DNA from: Candidatus Shapirobacteria bacterium
Lineage (GTDB): Bacteria; Patescibacteriota; Microgenomatia; UBA12405
NCBI GenBank assembly: GCA_003250375.1
Contig: QKGR01000026.1
Coordinates: 1-57,974, forward strand
Length of the DNA stretch: 57,974 nt
Direction of reading: 5' to 3'
Part shown: positions 35,500-43,720 of the stretch, piece after piece
How positions within the stretch are numbered: the stretch's first letter is position 1
Layout: every line of letters begins with the position of its first letter
Program-made: the position numbers and the translations under genes
Notes under the pieces: generated by a model
What the model was told of the DNA's origin: nothing
The model's database searches: none
What the model saw: the letters and a program-made list of their open reading frames with translations, nothing else

Positions 35500-36558
35500 A
35501 TGAAAGATAAAGCTAAAATCGGACTGTTCTTTGGAGGTAAGATTTCCCAACATTTACTATTGCTTAAAAAGGCGGCAAAGAGATTGGGGGTGAGGTTGGA
35601 TTTGCTCTCTTATAATAGAGTATGTTTTGATTCTGAGAATCAAAAAGTGATGATACGAGGGTCGGTGGGAGAAGAATCGAGATTGGGCTATGAGGGATCG
35701 ATGAAGGAAGTGGGAGAGTATGATGTGTTGTTTTTTAGAACTACAGGAAAACATTGGGAAGAAGTGGATTTGGTGATTAGGGCTGTGGAGGAAAACAAAA
35801 ATAAAGACGTGGTGGTGATTGATCCTTTGGTGAGATTTGGAAAGCCATCGTATGCCTGCAAGGCTTGGCAAATGTTGAAGTTGAAAGAGGCTGGAATTGA
35901 GGTGCCGAAGACTGTTTATGGATCCTTGTGGTATTTGTATGAGTTTATGAAAATCAGTTCAGATTCTCGTCAACGAATTTTGTCCGTGCTCACGCCCTTC
36001 GGGGATAAACCCACTCGGATGATTGCGCGCGGAAAAATTGTTGACTCCGAATCTATTGCAAACATGCATTTTCCGGTGATCTTGAAGGGAAGTGGAGGTG
36101 ATAGGGGGACTCGAGTGTTTAAAGCTAATAATTTGGAAGAATTGGGTTCTTTGGTGAGAGAGCTAAGAATGAGTGAAATTAAGGAAGGAAGAAGGTATAT
36201 GTTGCAGGAATATATTGAAAATGATGGTGATTATAGAGTGTTGGTGTTGGGAGATAGAGTGCTTGGAGTGATGAAAAGATCGAGCCAAAGCAAGGCTGAA
36301 TTTAGAAATAATTTTTCGGCGGGAGGGAAAGTGGAAGTGGCTGATTTGCCTGAGAATATTAAAAAGATGGCAGTGGAGGCGGCCAGAGTATGCGGATTGG
36401 CGATTGCTGGTGTGGATGTGGCCTTTAGGAATTTTGATATGAGTAAGCCAGTGGTGTGGGAAGTGAACAAAGGGCCGCAATTTAAAGGATTTATGGAAGC
36501 GACTGGAATTGATGTACCTGAAGAAATAGTTAAATATTTAGTTAGTTTAAAAAAATAG
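35500..36558 (+). CDS. RimK-type ATP-grasp ligase (alpha-L-glutamate-ligase-like), with in-frame palindromic insertion
   Basis: FPVILKGSGGDRGTRVFK, MLQEYIE..DYRVLVLGDRVLGVMKR, FRNNFSAGG, AGVDV..VWEVNKGPQF. Confidence 0.7.
   Translation: MKDKAKIGLFFGGKISQHLLLLKKAAKRLGVRLDLLSYNRVCFDSENQKVMIRGSVGEESRLGYEGSMKEVGEYDVLFFRTTGKHWEEVDLVIRAVEENKNKDVVVIDPLVRFGKPSYACKAWQMLKLKEAGIEVPKTVYGSLWYLYEFMKISSDSRQRILSVLTPFGDKPTRMIARGKIVDSESIANMHFPVILKGSGGDRGTRVFKANNLEELGSLVRELRMSEIKEGRRYMLQEYIENDGDYRVLVLGDRVLGVMKRSSQSKAEFRNNFSAGGKVEVADLPENIKKMAVEAARVCGLAIAGVDVAFRNFDMSKPVVWEVNKGPQFKGFMEATGIDVPEEIVKYLVSLKK
35961..36054. repeat. family C' palindromic element inside CDS (core GTGCTCACGCCCTTCGGGGATAAACCCACTCGGATGATTGCGCGCGG)
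   Basis: Near-identical intergenic copy at 57714-57804. Translated as SDSRQRILSVLTPFGDKPTRMIARGKIVDSES. Confidence 0.85.
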
Positions 36559-36568
36559 ATGATAATAG

Positions 36569-36657
36569 ACTCGATACTAAATTTTTAGTGCTCGCTACCT
36601 TCGGGCTCGGCGTAAGCTGGCTCGCGTTCGCTGTGCTCTAAAAATTTAGTATCTTCG
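36569..36657. repeat. family C palindromic element
   Basis: Arms GATACTAAATTTTTA / TAAAAATTTAGTATC. Core identical to the other copies. Confidence 0.9.
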
Positions 36658-36683
36658 TCTAGATATATATTTAAATAAATAGT

Positions 36684-37667
36684 ATGAAAAGAAAAATATT
36701 AGTCTTAACAATGTCGCAATCGCAAAGTAATTTTGAGGTGACAAGATTGGTGGAAGAAGCGGCAAAACATGGGATTGAGGTGGAGAGAGCTTTGTACAGA
36801 GATTTAACTTTTGATTTGACCAGTGATAAGGAAAAAGTGTTTGTGAAAGGGAAAGAAATTACTCCAGAAAACACAATGGCAGTGTGGTTTAGGGTGGCAG
36901 GGACAATTAGTGGAAAATATACTGAGGGAAGGAATTTGCTGATTCGAGTATTGAGATCGAGAGGAATTTTTTGCGCCAACCACAAAGGATATTTGGGCTG
37001 GACGAGAATGGGGAAGATTGCTCAACACGCAGTGTTTGTGGAGAATCAGATTCCAGTAGTGCCAACCAGAATTTTTTATCAAATTAGCCAGGTGCTAGAT
37101 TTGAAAAACAAGTCGAAAGAGAAATTTGGAGATTGGGATTTTCCAATTATTGCCAAGCACGAGAGAGGCTACCAGGGGAAGTCGGTACGAAAATTTAAGA
37201 GCTGGAAGAGAGTGGAAAGATGGCTAAATAAAATAGATGAGATTAATTTGGGAATGTTTTTGTGGCAAAAATGTTTGCCGACCAGATGGGATTTGAGAAT
37301 AATTGTGCTGGGTGGAAAAGCGATTGGAGCCATGAAAAGATCGGCAGTAGGAAAAGAATTTAGAAGTAATTTTTCACTAGGTGGGAATGTGGAAAAGTGG
37401 GAATTGTCCGAAGATGATAAAGTTTTGGCGGAAAAAGTGGCTAAGGTGTGCGGGCTTGATTATTGTGGTGTGGATATTATGAAGGACGATGAAGGTAATA
37501 GTTATATTCTGGAGGTAAACCGACAGTGTCAATATCAGGGATTTGAGAAAGCGACGGGGATTAATGTGGCTGAGAAAGTAGTGGAAATGCTTTCAGAAAT
37601 GACTTATGATGGTAGTAGTGAAAAGGAGTCGATGGATACAATTTTTGGCAATATTAGCTGTTGTTAG
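36684..37667 (+). CDS. RimK-type ATP-grasp ligase paralogue
   Basis: FPIIAKHERGYQGKSVRKF, DLRIIVLGGKAIGAMKR, FRSNFSLGG, CGVDIM..ILEVNRQCQYQGF. Confidence 0.7.
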   Translation: MKRKILVLTMSQSQSNFEVTRLVEEAAKHGIEVERALYRDLTFDLTSDKEKVFVKGKEITPENTMAVWFRVAGTISGKYTEGRNLLIRVLRSRGIFCANHKGYLGWTRMGKIAQHAVFVENQIPVVPTRIFYQISQVLDLKNKSKEKFGDWDFPIIAKHERGYQGKSVRKFKSWKRVERWLNKIDEINLGMFLWQKCLPTRWDLRIIVLGGKAIGAMKRSAVGKEFRSNFSLGGNVEKWELSEDDKVLAEKVAKVCGLDYCGVDIMKDDEGNSYILEVNRQCQYQGFEKATGINVAEKVVEMLSEMTYDGSSEKESMDTIFGNISCC

Positions 37668-38352
37668 CATTGGAACGTACAAAAGCGTAGTTCCTTCTGA
37701 GGCAGCACTAACCACACCTTATTGTGGAAAATGTGGTGATACTTGTGTGGATACACCAGAATCTTTTGCGGCATGTCCGGCGACAACAAGAGATGATTTT
37801 GAATGTTTGATGGTGGATGGGGTTTGCGAGACGGTGACCATTGGTGATCCTGAAGTGCCGACATTGACGCCAACAGTGGCGGCTCCAACACCATCCGATA
37901 GAGATCAATCTTGTATGGCATGTGGAAGCGAGTGCAAGTGGGTGGTACCAGGAATAGATAGTTGTTTGCCAACTATTGGCAATTTTGTATGTATGGAGCA
38001 GGGGGCAAACTGTGTGGTGAAAGAAGTGTCGTACCAGATTACACCGACGTCGGGTGCACCAACAAGCGATTTAGATGTGTGTGTGGTTTGTGGAACAAAA
38101 GAGTATGGAGATGCAAATTGTGATGGATCGGTGGAATTGGATGATTTTGTAGTATGGAGAGCTGATTATATAAATGGTATGAATAGTAGTTGTACAAATG
38201 GTGACTTTGATGGGGATGGGAGAGTGGAACTGTCTGACTTTGTAATATGGAGGAGTGGGTATATTAATGGACTACCTAAGAAGACATTATCGGGCGAAAT
38301 TGAGAATCCTGGTCCAATTAAACCAACAATTACTGGTTTTGAAGAATATTAA
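37606..38352 (+). CDS. secreted Cys-rich protein with C-terminal paired dockerin-like repeats
   Basis: Signal peptide MMVVVKRSRWIQFLAILAVVSIGTYKSVVPSEA. 2.5 six-Cys modules. DANCDGSVELDDFVVWRADY and NGDFDGDGRVELSDFVIWRSGY. The start overlaps the upstream gene by 62 nt and is uncertain. Confidence 0.55.
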   Translation: MMVVVKRSRWIQFLAILAVVSIGTYKSVVPSEAALTTPYCGKCGDTCVDTPESFAACPATTRDDFECLMVDGVCETVTIGDPEVPTLTPTVAAPTPSDRDQSCMACGSECKWVVPGIDSCLPTIGNFVCMEQGANCVVKEVSYQITPTSGAPTSDLDVCVVCGTKEYGDANCDGSVELDDFVVWRADYINGMNSSCTNGDFDGDGRVELSDFVIWRSGYINGLPKKTLSGEIENPGPIKPTITGFEEY

Positions 38353-38376
38353 TTTAAGGTAATATTTATATAGCAA

Positions 38377-39981
38377 ATGAAAATAGTAGGTAAAATTTTA
38401 ACTTTGGTAATAGTGTTGGCAGCTTTGGGAGCAGGAGTGTACTTGGTGATGAAAAACCAGGAAACCAGAAGAGGAGCGGCAGCAATTACACCATCGTTGA
38501 TATTTCAATCGCCTAAGAATGAAGGCTTGGCGGTGGGAGAGCAATTTACTATTAATTTGGCGGTAGATACTAAATCGAGTTCGATGAAAGTGTCGGCTTT
38601 TGAGGTTCATTTGGCTTTTGATAACACTAAGATAAGAATTGATGAGGCGACGCCAAGTTGGTATAGTTGGGATTCAGCCAGTTTGTATAGTAGACAAACA
38701 AGTTTCTTTAAACACCTGGAAGGGGATGATTTGTCGGATTTGAGCAAACCCGCTGATTTGAAAGGAAGATTTGAAATTAATAATGATACGGGAGTGCTGA
38801 CTTTGAGTGGTATTTCGACGAGAGGAAATGATGATTTGTGTTCGGGAGTGGTGCAAACTTATAAAATTAAGGGAACGATTTTGGCGGAGGGACAAAGTAA
38901 ATTTACGCTAACTGGAACATTAAATAATGCAGCTATTACTGAAATTAGTTCGAGTGGAGCAGGACAACCTGAGACGATTGCAATCGACCCAGCAGTAGAG
39001 TTCTTCGTGAGTACTGGTAGTAGTAATGTGAGTCCGGAAGAATCGAGCCCGACACCAACTCCAAGCGGAGTGATTGATGGAAATGATATGACGTCAACAC
39101 CAGGTGATGAGCCAGAAGCAACAGCAACACCAACTAGTCCTGCAGCAACAGCGACTCCAACAAAGCCTGCAGCAACAGCGACTCCAACTAGTGGGATTAG
39201 TGATAGTTGTAGTAGTGATAATGATTGTGGAAACAATGAGAGCTGTGGAAATGATGGAACTTGTAGTGCTTTGAGCTGCCAAGACAATAGCGGGGTAGAT
39301 ATGACTTGTAAGAATTTGGTGACTGCGGCACACGAATGTAGTGTGGTGACTAATAAAAATGATGGGGTGAGTTGTGGAAGCGGAAAGGTGTGTACAGCGG
39401 GTGAGTGCATTAGTAGCGGTAGTGTGGGAATACTGAACTTTAAGATGGCTTTTGCCGGAGTGAGTGCTAAATCGAAATGTGCCACTGATTGGAAAGTAAA
39501 AGCGATTGTGCGGGATGCTAATGGAACAATGAAGACTTATGAGGATGTGGTACTGAGTTTGGATGAAAGTTCGGCGGCGAAGAATATATATAAGGGTAGT
39601 ATTGCCTTGGAAGGAATTAGCTCACAAAGTGGTTTGTCGGTGTTCTTGAAGGGTCCTAAGCATATTCAAGTGAAATATGGTGAGGATAGTCAATCGGAAA
39701 TGTATAACCGAGAAGGTGGAAACTTGAGTGTGACGACCGATATTAATACAAGCAAGTGGTATGACTTTAGTAACTATGCCATGGGTCCTGGAGATGTGAA
39801 TCAGGATGGAGTAGTAAACGCTTTGGATTTCTCGATTGTGAAGTCGAAATCCTTGTCGCATGAGGTAGTAAGCGAGGGAGTTTACTTAGAAGAAGACTTG
39901 GATGGAAACTGTATTATGAATACAAATGATGTGTTGCTTTTGAGAGAAACTTTGAAAGATAAACAAGATCAAATTTATTAA
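38377..39981 (+). CDS. membrane-anchored surface protein: cohesin-like N-domain (tentative), Thr/Pro linkers, Cys-rich module, C-terminal dockerin
   Basis: N-terminal TM. LAVGEQFTINLAVDT..VSAFEVHLAFDNTKIRI is cohesin-like. ATATPTSPAATATPTKPAATATPTSG is a linker. GDVNQDGVVNALDFSIV...DLDGNCIMNTNDVLLL is a dockerin pair. Confidence 0.55.
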   Translation: MKIVGKILTLVIVLAALGAGVYLVMKNQETRRGAAAITPSLIFQSPKNEGLAVGEQFTINLAVDTKSSSMKVSAFEVHLAFDNTKIRIDEATPSWYSWDSASLYSRQTSFFKHLEGDDLSDLSKPADLKGRFEINNDTGVLTLSGISTRGNDDLCSGVVQTYKIKGTILAEGQSKFTLTGTLNNAAITEISSSGAGQPETIAIDPAVEFFVSTGSSNVSPEESSPTPTPSGVIDGNDMTSTPGDEPEATATPTSPAATATPTKPAATATPTSGISDSCSSDNDCGNNESCGNDGTCSALSCQDNSGVDMTCKNLVTAAHECSVVTNKNDGVSCGSGKVCTAGECISSGSVGILNFKMAFAGVSAKSKCATDWKVKAIVRDANGTMKTYEDVVLSLDESSAAKNIYKGSIALEGISSQSGLSVFLKGPKHIQVKYGEDSQSEMYNREGGNLSVTTDINTSKWYDFSNYAMGPGDVNQDGVVNALDFSIVKSKSLSHEVVSEGVYLEEDLDGNCIMNTNDVLLLRETLKDKQDQIY

Positions 39982-40007
39982 AGATTGTGTTATACTAACT
40001 GCACAGT

Positions 40008-40039
40008 CCATTCGCCTTCGCATGAAGCTATGGCGTAAC
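40008..40039. repeat. short hairpin element G (CCATTCGCCTTCGCATGAAGCTATGGCGTAAC)
   Basis: Related copy at 52504-52531 (GGTCGCCTTCGCTAATGCTACGGCGAAC). Confidence 0.5.
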
Positions 40040-40042
40040 AAT

Positions 40043-40116
40043 GGGTGATTAGCTCAGTTGGTTAGAGCACCGTCCTGATAAGACGGGGGTCGGAGATTCG
40101 AGTTCTCCATCACCCA
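40043..40116 (+). tRNA. tRNA-Ile (anticodon GAU), CCA not encoded
   Basis: Cloverleaf read by eye: acceptor GGGTGAT/ATCACCC, anticodon stem CCGTC/GACGG with loop CTGATAA, T-arm GGAGATTCGAGTTCTCC. Confidence 0.9.
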
Positions 40117-40181
40117 CACTTTGTAATAATCGAATAGTCATCTGGGTCGGACCCAGCCTACGCAAGCTTCGGCGGGCAAAG

Positions 40182-40205
40182 GATTCGAGTTCTCCATCAC
40201 CCACA
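40182..40205 (+). repeat. duplicated 3' end of tRNA-Ile (24 nt identical to 40095-40118)
   Basis: GATTCGAGTTCTCCATCACCCACA occurs twice, 87 nt apart. No matching 5' half for the second copy. Confidence 0.9.
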
Positions 40206-40363
40206 AAAAACCCTTCCTCACTCCTTCCCTTCACAGGGCAGGACGTTGGATAGAAGAGGAATACAAAGATAGATGATCTCTCGATCGGATGATTACTTTG
40301 AATAAACCCCTCGGTGCAAAAGCCCCATCCCCTTTAAAAGGGAACGCTTATTCTTGAGTGGTA

Positions 40364-40372
40364 TGAGATAAT
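40364..40372 (+). promoter_or_regulatory. extended -10 box TGAGATAAT, 6 nt before GTG 40379
   Basis: Read directly. Confidence 0.45.
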
Positions 40373-40378
40373 TAAAGG

Positions 40379-41563
40379 GTGAAAAAATGGTATTGGATAT
40401 TGGTTGTGGTTGGGGTAGTAATAATAGGATTGGTGAGTTGGATGGTTTGGAAAGATAAAATTCCTTTGAACGATCCTTTGGGAAGAAATAATGGGTATGT
40501 GAGAAATAGGGGAGACTATAAAGTAATTGGATTCTTGCCGACTTGGATGATTGGGAAAACAAAAGACTATACGACTGAGCTGGATGAATTGGTGTTTTTG
40601 GGGATTGAGGCAGATGAGAATGGAGATTTGATATGGGAGCTGCAATCGAAAAAGATAAATAATGAGACATATATTGGAATGAAGAATAAAATTCGGGCGG
40701 CGGGAGGCAAAAATATTGTGGGAATTAAACTATTTGATGATGAAAAATTACATACATTTTTGGCGAGTGATACGGCGAGAAGAAACTTGATAGAACAAAT
40801 TAAGGCAGTGGTGGTGACGGGAAATTTTGATGGTGTGAATATTGATTTTGAATTTATGAATGACCCGAACGCAGTGATGGGAGATGAGAATTATAGATTT
40901 ATGAAAGAGCTAAGCGAAGCGGAAGTAGGAGTAATTAGCTTGGATGTGTTTGCGAATACGGTGATTAAAGGAGATGTGGGTGAACTAAATAGAATGCTGG
41001 AAGTAATCGATAATTTGATTGTGATGGCGTATGATTTTCATAGACCGGGGAGTAATAATGTGGGGCCAGTGGCACCGATTAAATCGGAAGTGGGTGAGAG
41101 GAATATTATGGAAGTGGTGACGAAAGTGGTGGATGGAGGATTGAACAAAAAGAAAGTGATTTTGGCTTATCCTTTGTATGGATATGAATGGAAAACTAGT
41201 GTGGATGAGTACGGAGCGAAGGCGGTGAAGGGGTGGTCGGCAATGGCTTCGTACAAGAGGGTAAAAGAATTGATTCACGATTCACAATTCACGATTCAGG
41301 AAGTAAAAACAGAAGATGATGAGAAAATTAAACTGGAAGATGGGGTTTTAAAATTAAGGTGGGATGAGTTGTCGATGAGTCCGTGGCTATCGTATTTTGA
41401 TGGAGGAGAAATGATGCAGATTTATTTTGAGAATTTGGAAAGTTTGAGATTGAAATTTAATTTGGTGGCAGAAAGCCAGATGGGAGGAGTAGGGTTTTGG
41501 GCTTTGGGATATGAGGGGGAGACAAATGAGGTGTGGAAGACGGTGGATGAGGAGCTGAAATAG
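40379..41563 (+). CDS. glycoside hydrolase family 18 (chitinase-like) membrane-anchored protein
   Basis: N-terminal TM. FDGVNIDFEF is a DxxDxDxE-type motif with the second Asp replaced by Asn. MAYDFH and GFWALGYE are also present. Confidence 0.7.
   Translation: MKKWYWILVVVGVVIIGLVSWMVWKDKIPLNDPLGRNNGYVRNRGDYKVIGFLPTWMIGKTKDYTTELDELVFLGIEADENGDLIWELQSKKINNETYIGMKNKIRAAGGKNIVGIKLFDDEKLHTFLASDTARRNLIEQIKAVVVTGNFDGVNIDFEFMNDPNAVMGDENYRFMKELSEAEVGVISLDVFANTVIKGDVGELNRMLEVIDNLIVMAYDFHRPGSNNVGPVAPIKSEVGERNIMEVVTKVVDGGLNKKKVILAYPLYGYEWKTSVDEYGAKAVKGWSAMASYKRVKELIHDSQFTIQEVKTEDDEKIKLEDGVLKLRWDELSMSPWLSYFDGGEMMQIYFENLESLRLKFNLVAESQMGGVGFWALGYEGETNEVWKTVDEELK
41272..41300. repeat. 7-nt microrepeat inside CDS (GATTCAC GATTCAC AATTCAC GATTCAG G)
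   Basis: Translated as IHDSQFTIQE. Confidence 0.75.
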
Positions 41564-41602
41564 CTTGGTGATATAATTCGAGTAGTATTGATTTAATTAT
41601 AA

Positions 41603-41989
41603 ATGGCTAGAAGAGTTGAAGCAGAAGAGTATCTTAAAGGTGATAATTCAGAAAAAGTTAGATATATCTGGAGTGCGTGGCTTGTTGATCGTGGTATACA
41701 TGAAATGTATCAAATGGTGAGGGGTTTCCTTGAACATGGGAGGGTGGACTTAAAGTTTTTATTTGAGATCAATTTTAATAATTCACCGACAGAAATTTTC
41801 GATTGTATACAATTCTATTTTAAGTCTCACGATTTGTACGCAGGACAATTTTTTAGAAAAACAGTTGAGATTTGGAGGACGATGGATGATGATAGAAAAA
41901 GCATATTAACGTCTGGAGATATAACAATTGAAGATGAATATGACAGGTTTGTTGAGACATTGGAGAGTAAACTTAATGATCCTAATTGA
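41603..41989 (+). CDS. hypothetical protein
   Basis: 128-aa ORF. TGATATAAT lies at 41569-41577 upstream. No domain recognised. Confidence 0.45.
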   Translation: MARRVEAEEYLKGDNSEKVRYIWSAWLVDRGIHEMYQMVRGFLEHGRVDLKFLFEINFNNSPTEIFDCIQFYFKSHDLYAGQFFRKTVEIWRTMDDDRKSILTSGDITIEDEYDRFVETLESKLNDPN

Positions 41990-42031
41990 GTTGATTGGTA
42001 CTGGAGATAGAGGCTGAGATGTGATTAAATT

Positions 42032-42718
42032 ATGCTCATGACAGCAATAAAATGGGCGATTGAGTTCTTTTTGCATATTGATAAACATTTGGCCGAGATA
42101 ATCGGAATGTTTGGAGGTTGGAGCTATGCAATTTTGTTTGCGGTGATTTTTGTGGAAACAGGATTGGTGATTATGCCTTTTTTGCCTGGAGATTCTTTGC
42201 TTTTTGCAGCTGGAGCTTTGACGGCATCGCTGGGAGTATTCAATCATTGGCTACTTTGGGTGTTGATGATGTTGGCGGCAGTGGTTGGGGATACGGCTAA
42301 TTATTGGATTGGCCATACGGTGGGAGCTAAAGCATTTGACCCAAATTTTGAAGTAAGTTTGATGGGAAAGAAAATTAAGATGAGTAAAATTTTGAAGCCA
42401 GAATATATGGAGAAAGCCCAGGGTTTTTATGAGAAGCATGGTGGGAAGGCAATTGTATTGGCAAGATTTGTACCAATTGTGAGAACTTTTGCACCTTTTG
42501 TGGCTGGAGTAGGCAAGATGAATTATTCGAAATTCATTTCTTATAATGTGATCGGCGGAGTGGCTTGGGTGTCGGCATTTTTGTGGGGAGGATATTTCTT
42601 TGGTAATTTGCCAATAATTAAGGACAATTTCCATTATTCGGTGGTGATTATTATTGCGGTGTCGTTTGTGCCGGTGGTGATGGAATTGGTGAAGGCGAGA
42701 AGGGAAAAGACTTCTTAA
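42032..42718 (+). CDS. dedA: DedA-family (VTT domain) membrane protein
   Basis: FVETGLVIMPFLPGDSLLFAAGAL and ARFVPIVRTFAPFVAGV are DedA signatures. Confidence 0.8.
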   Translation: MLMTAIKWAIEFFLHIDKHLAEIIGMFGGWSYAILFAVIFVETGLVIMPFLPGDSLLFAAGALTASLGVFNHWLLWVLMMLAAVVGDTANYWIGHTVGAKAFDPNFEVSLMGKKIKMSKILKPEYMEKAQGFYEKHGGKAIVLARFVPIVRTFAPFVAGVGKMNYSKFISYNVIGGVAWVSAFLWGGYFFGNLPIIKDNFHYSVVIIIAVSFVPVVMELVKARREKTS

Positions 42719-42745
42719 TGACGTAGATAATGGGTATACTAGTGT

Positions 42746-43351
42746 ATGTCTGATGGTGTTGGAGAAAAAATCGTATTTGGGGGAGATAAAAGATGGGATG
42801 ATTCACCAGTATGGAAGTCTAATTTGGTTGGTTTACCGAAGAACTTGCAAGGTAAGGTGGTGGTGGAGTTTTATTCTGGTAGTGATAAGGAAAGTATTGG
42901 CAGTGAGGTGTTGGGTAGAGGAGGAAGGTATGTGTCGGTTACATTGAGTGATGACAATACTCATGATGTAAGTTTTAGGGGTAGAGCAGGGGAGATAGTG
43001 AGAGGGTTTGAGGATAATTCAGTTGATTATGTGGTGTTGTATGGACCACCATGGTGGGAGGGTAATAGAGATATGGGGAGAGTATCGAGGTTTAGTAGTA
43101 TTGGTGTTGAACAGCTAGAAGAAGTGGTTGTGAATTCGATGCGCATAATTAAGAAAGAGAACGGTAATTTTATGGCTATGGGAATTGGTTTTTCGAGGAA
43201 TGACTTTGAAAAGGCACGGGAAATCGTGGGGAAGACTGATCCTGGTTGGATGTGGAGTTGGGAGGAGGTGCCTGAGATGGGTAAAGATAATAGAGGAGAG
43301 TCGTATGGTTTTATTAAAATCGAGTACAAGAAACTGGTTTGGGGAGAATAA
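42746..43351 (+). CDS. hypothetical protein
   Basis: 201-aa ORF. TATACT (42735-42740) lies 5 nt before the ATG. The weak methyltransferase-like motifs (FYSGSD, LYGPPW) were not judged sufficient. Confidence 0.45.
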   Translation: MSDGVGEKIVFGGDKRWDDSPVWKSNLVGLPKNLQGKVVVEFYSGSDKESIGSEVLGRGGRYVSVTLSDDNTHDVSFRGRAGEIVRGFEDNSVDYVVLYGPPWWEGNRDMGRVSRFSSIGVEQLEEVVVNSMRIIKKENGNFMAMGIGFSRNDFEKAREIVGKTDPGWMWSWEEVPEMGKDNRGESYGFIKIEYKKLVWGE

Positions 43352-43372
43352 TTTTTACTTGTAATTTGGTCG

Positions 43373-43401
43373 TTGACTAGGCACAAGTGATCGTATAAAA
43401 T
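43373..43401 (+). promoter_or_regulatory. candidate sigma70-type promoter of the tRNA-Ala/23S/5S unit (TTGACT-N17-TAAAAT)
   Basis: TTGACT at 43373-43378 and TAAAAT at 43396-43401, about 210 nt upstream of tRNA-Ala. Confidence 0.45.
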
Positions 43402-43610
43402 AGGGACACTTGCTTGATATGCAAGGCGCTAAAGTAAATGAGGATAAAATCTTTAGAGGTAAAGAAAAATACGTAAGAATAGGGGTTTTATATAGCGCCG
43501 GAAGCTTTTGAGCAACCGGTCTTTTTTATTATAGAAAAAGCCGAAGTACATTGAACAAAAAAGGATCGTACCTGCTTGGGGCAGGATAGCCAAGTGAGCA
43601 GGGTCTTTGA

Positions 43611-43684
43611 GGGCCTGTGGCTTAGTTGGTTATAGCGCTTCATTTGCAATGAAGAGGTCGGGAGTTCGAATCTCCCCAGGTCCA
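43611..43684 (+). tRNA. tRNA-Ala (anticodon UGC), CCA not encoded
   Basis: Acceptor GGGCCTG/CAGGTCC with the G3:U70 Ala identity pair. Anticodon loop TTTGCAA. T-arm GGGAGTTCGAATCTCCC. Confidence 0.9.
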
Positions 43685-43690
43685 CAAAAA

Positions 43691-43720
43691 AGATGTCAGA
43701 TCTCAGATGTCAGATCTCAG
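43691..43720. repeat. direct microrepeat AGATGTCAGATCTC x2 (+AG)
   Basis: Read directly, right after tRNA-Ala. Confidence 0.85.

Noticed and set aside
37606-37667. Programmed frameshift or fusion between the ATP-grasp gene and the Cys-rich secreted protein (62-nt overlap)
   Set aside because: Both ORFs have complete, sensible termini (a full ATP-grasp C-terminus and a full signal peptide). The overlap is more simply explained by start-site uncertainty or a genuine overlap.
40049-40234. 61-aa ORF on the minus strand
   Set aside because: It is the reverse complement of tRNA-Ile and its duplicated 3' end. The repeated GDGELES comes from the tRNA duplication.
42746-43351. SAM-dependent (RsmD / N6-MTase-like) methyltransferase call based on FYSGSD and LYGPPW
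   Set aside because: The motifs are too degenerate (G instead of D/N/S before PPW, and no clear GxGxG). The gene is left as hypothetical.
40117-43610. Integrated genomic island at tRNA-Ile
   Set aside because: There is no integrase, excisionase or mobility gene. The direct repeat of the tRNA 3' end brackets only 63 nt, not the 3.5-kb gene block. It is kept only as a scar hypothesis.
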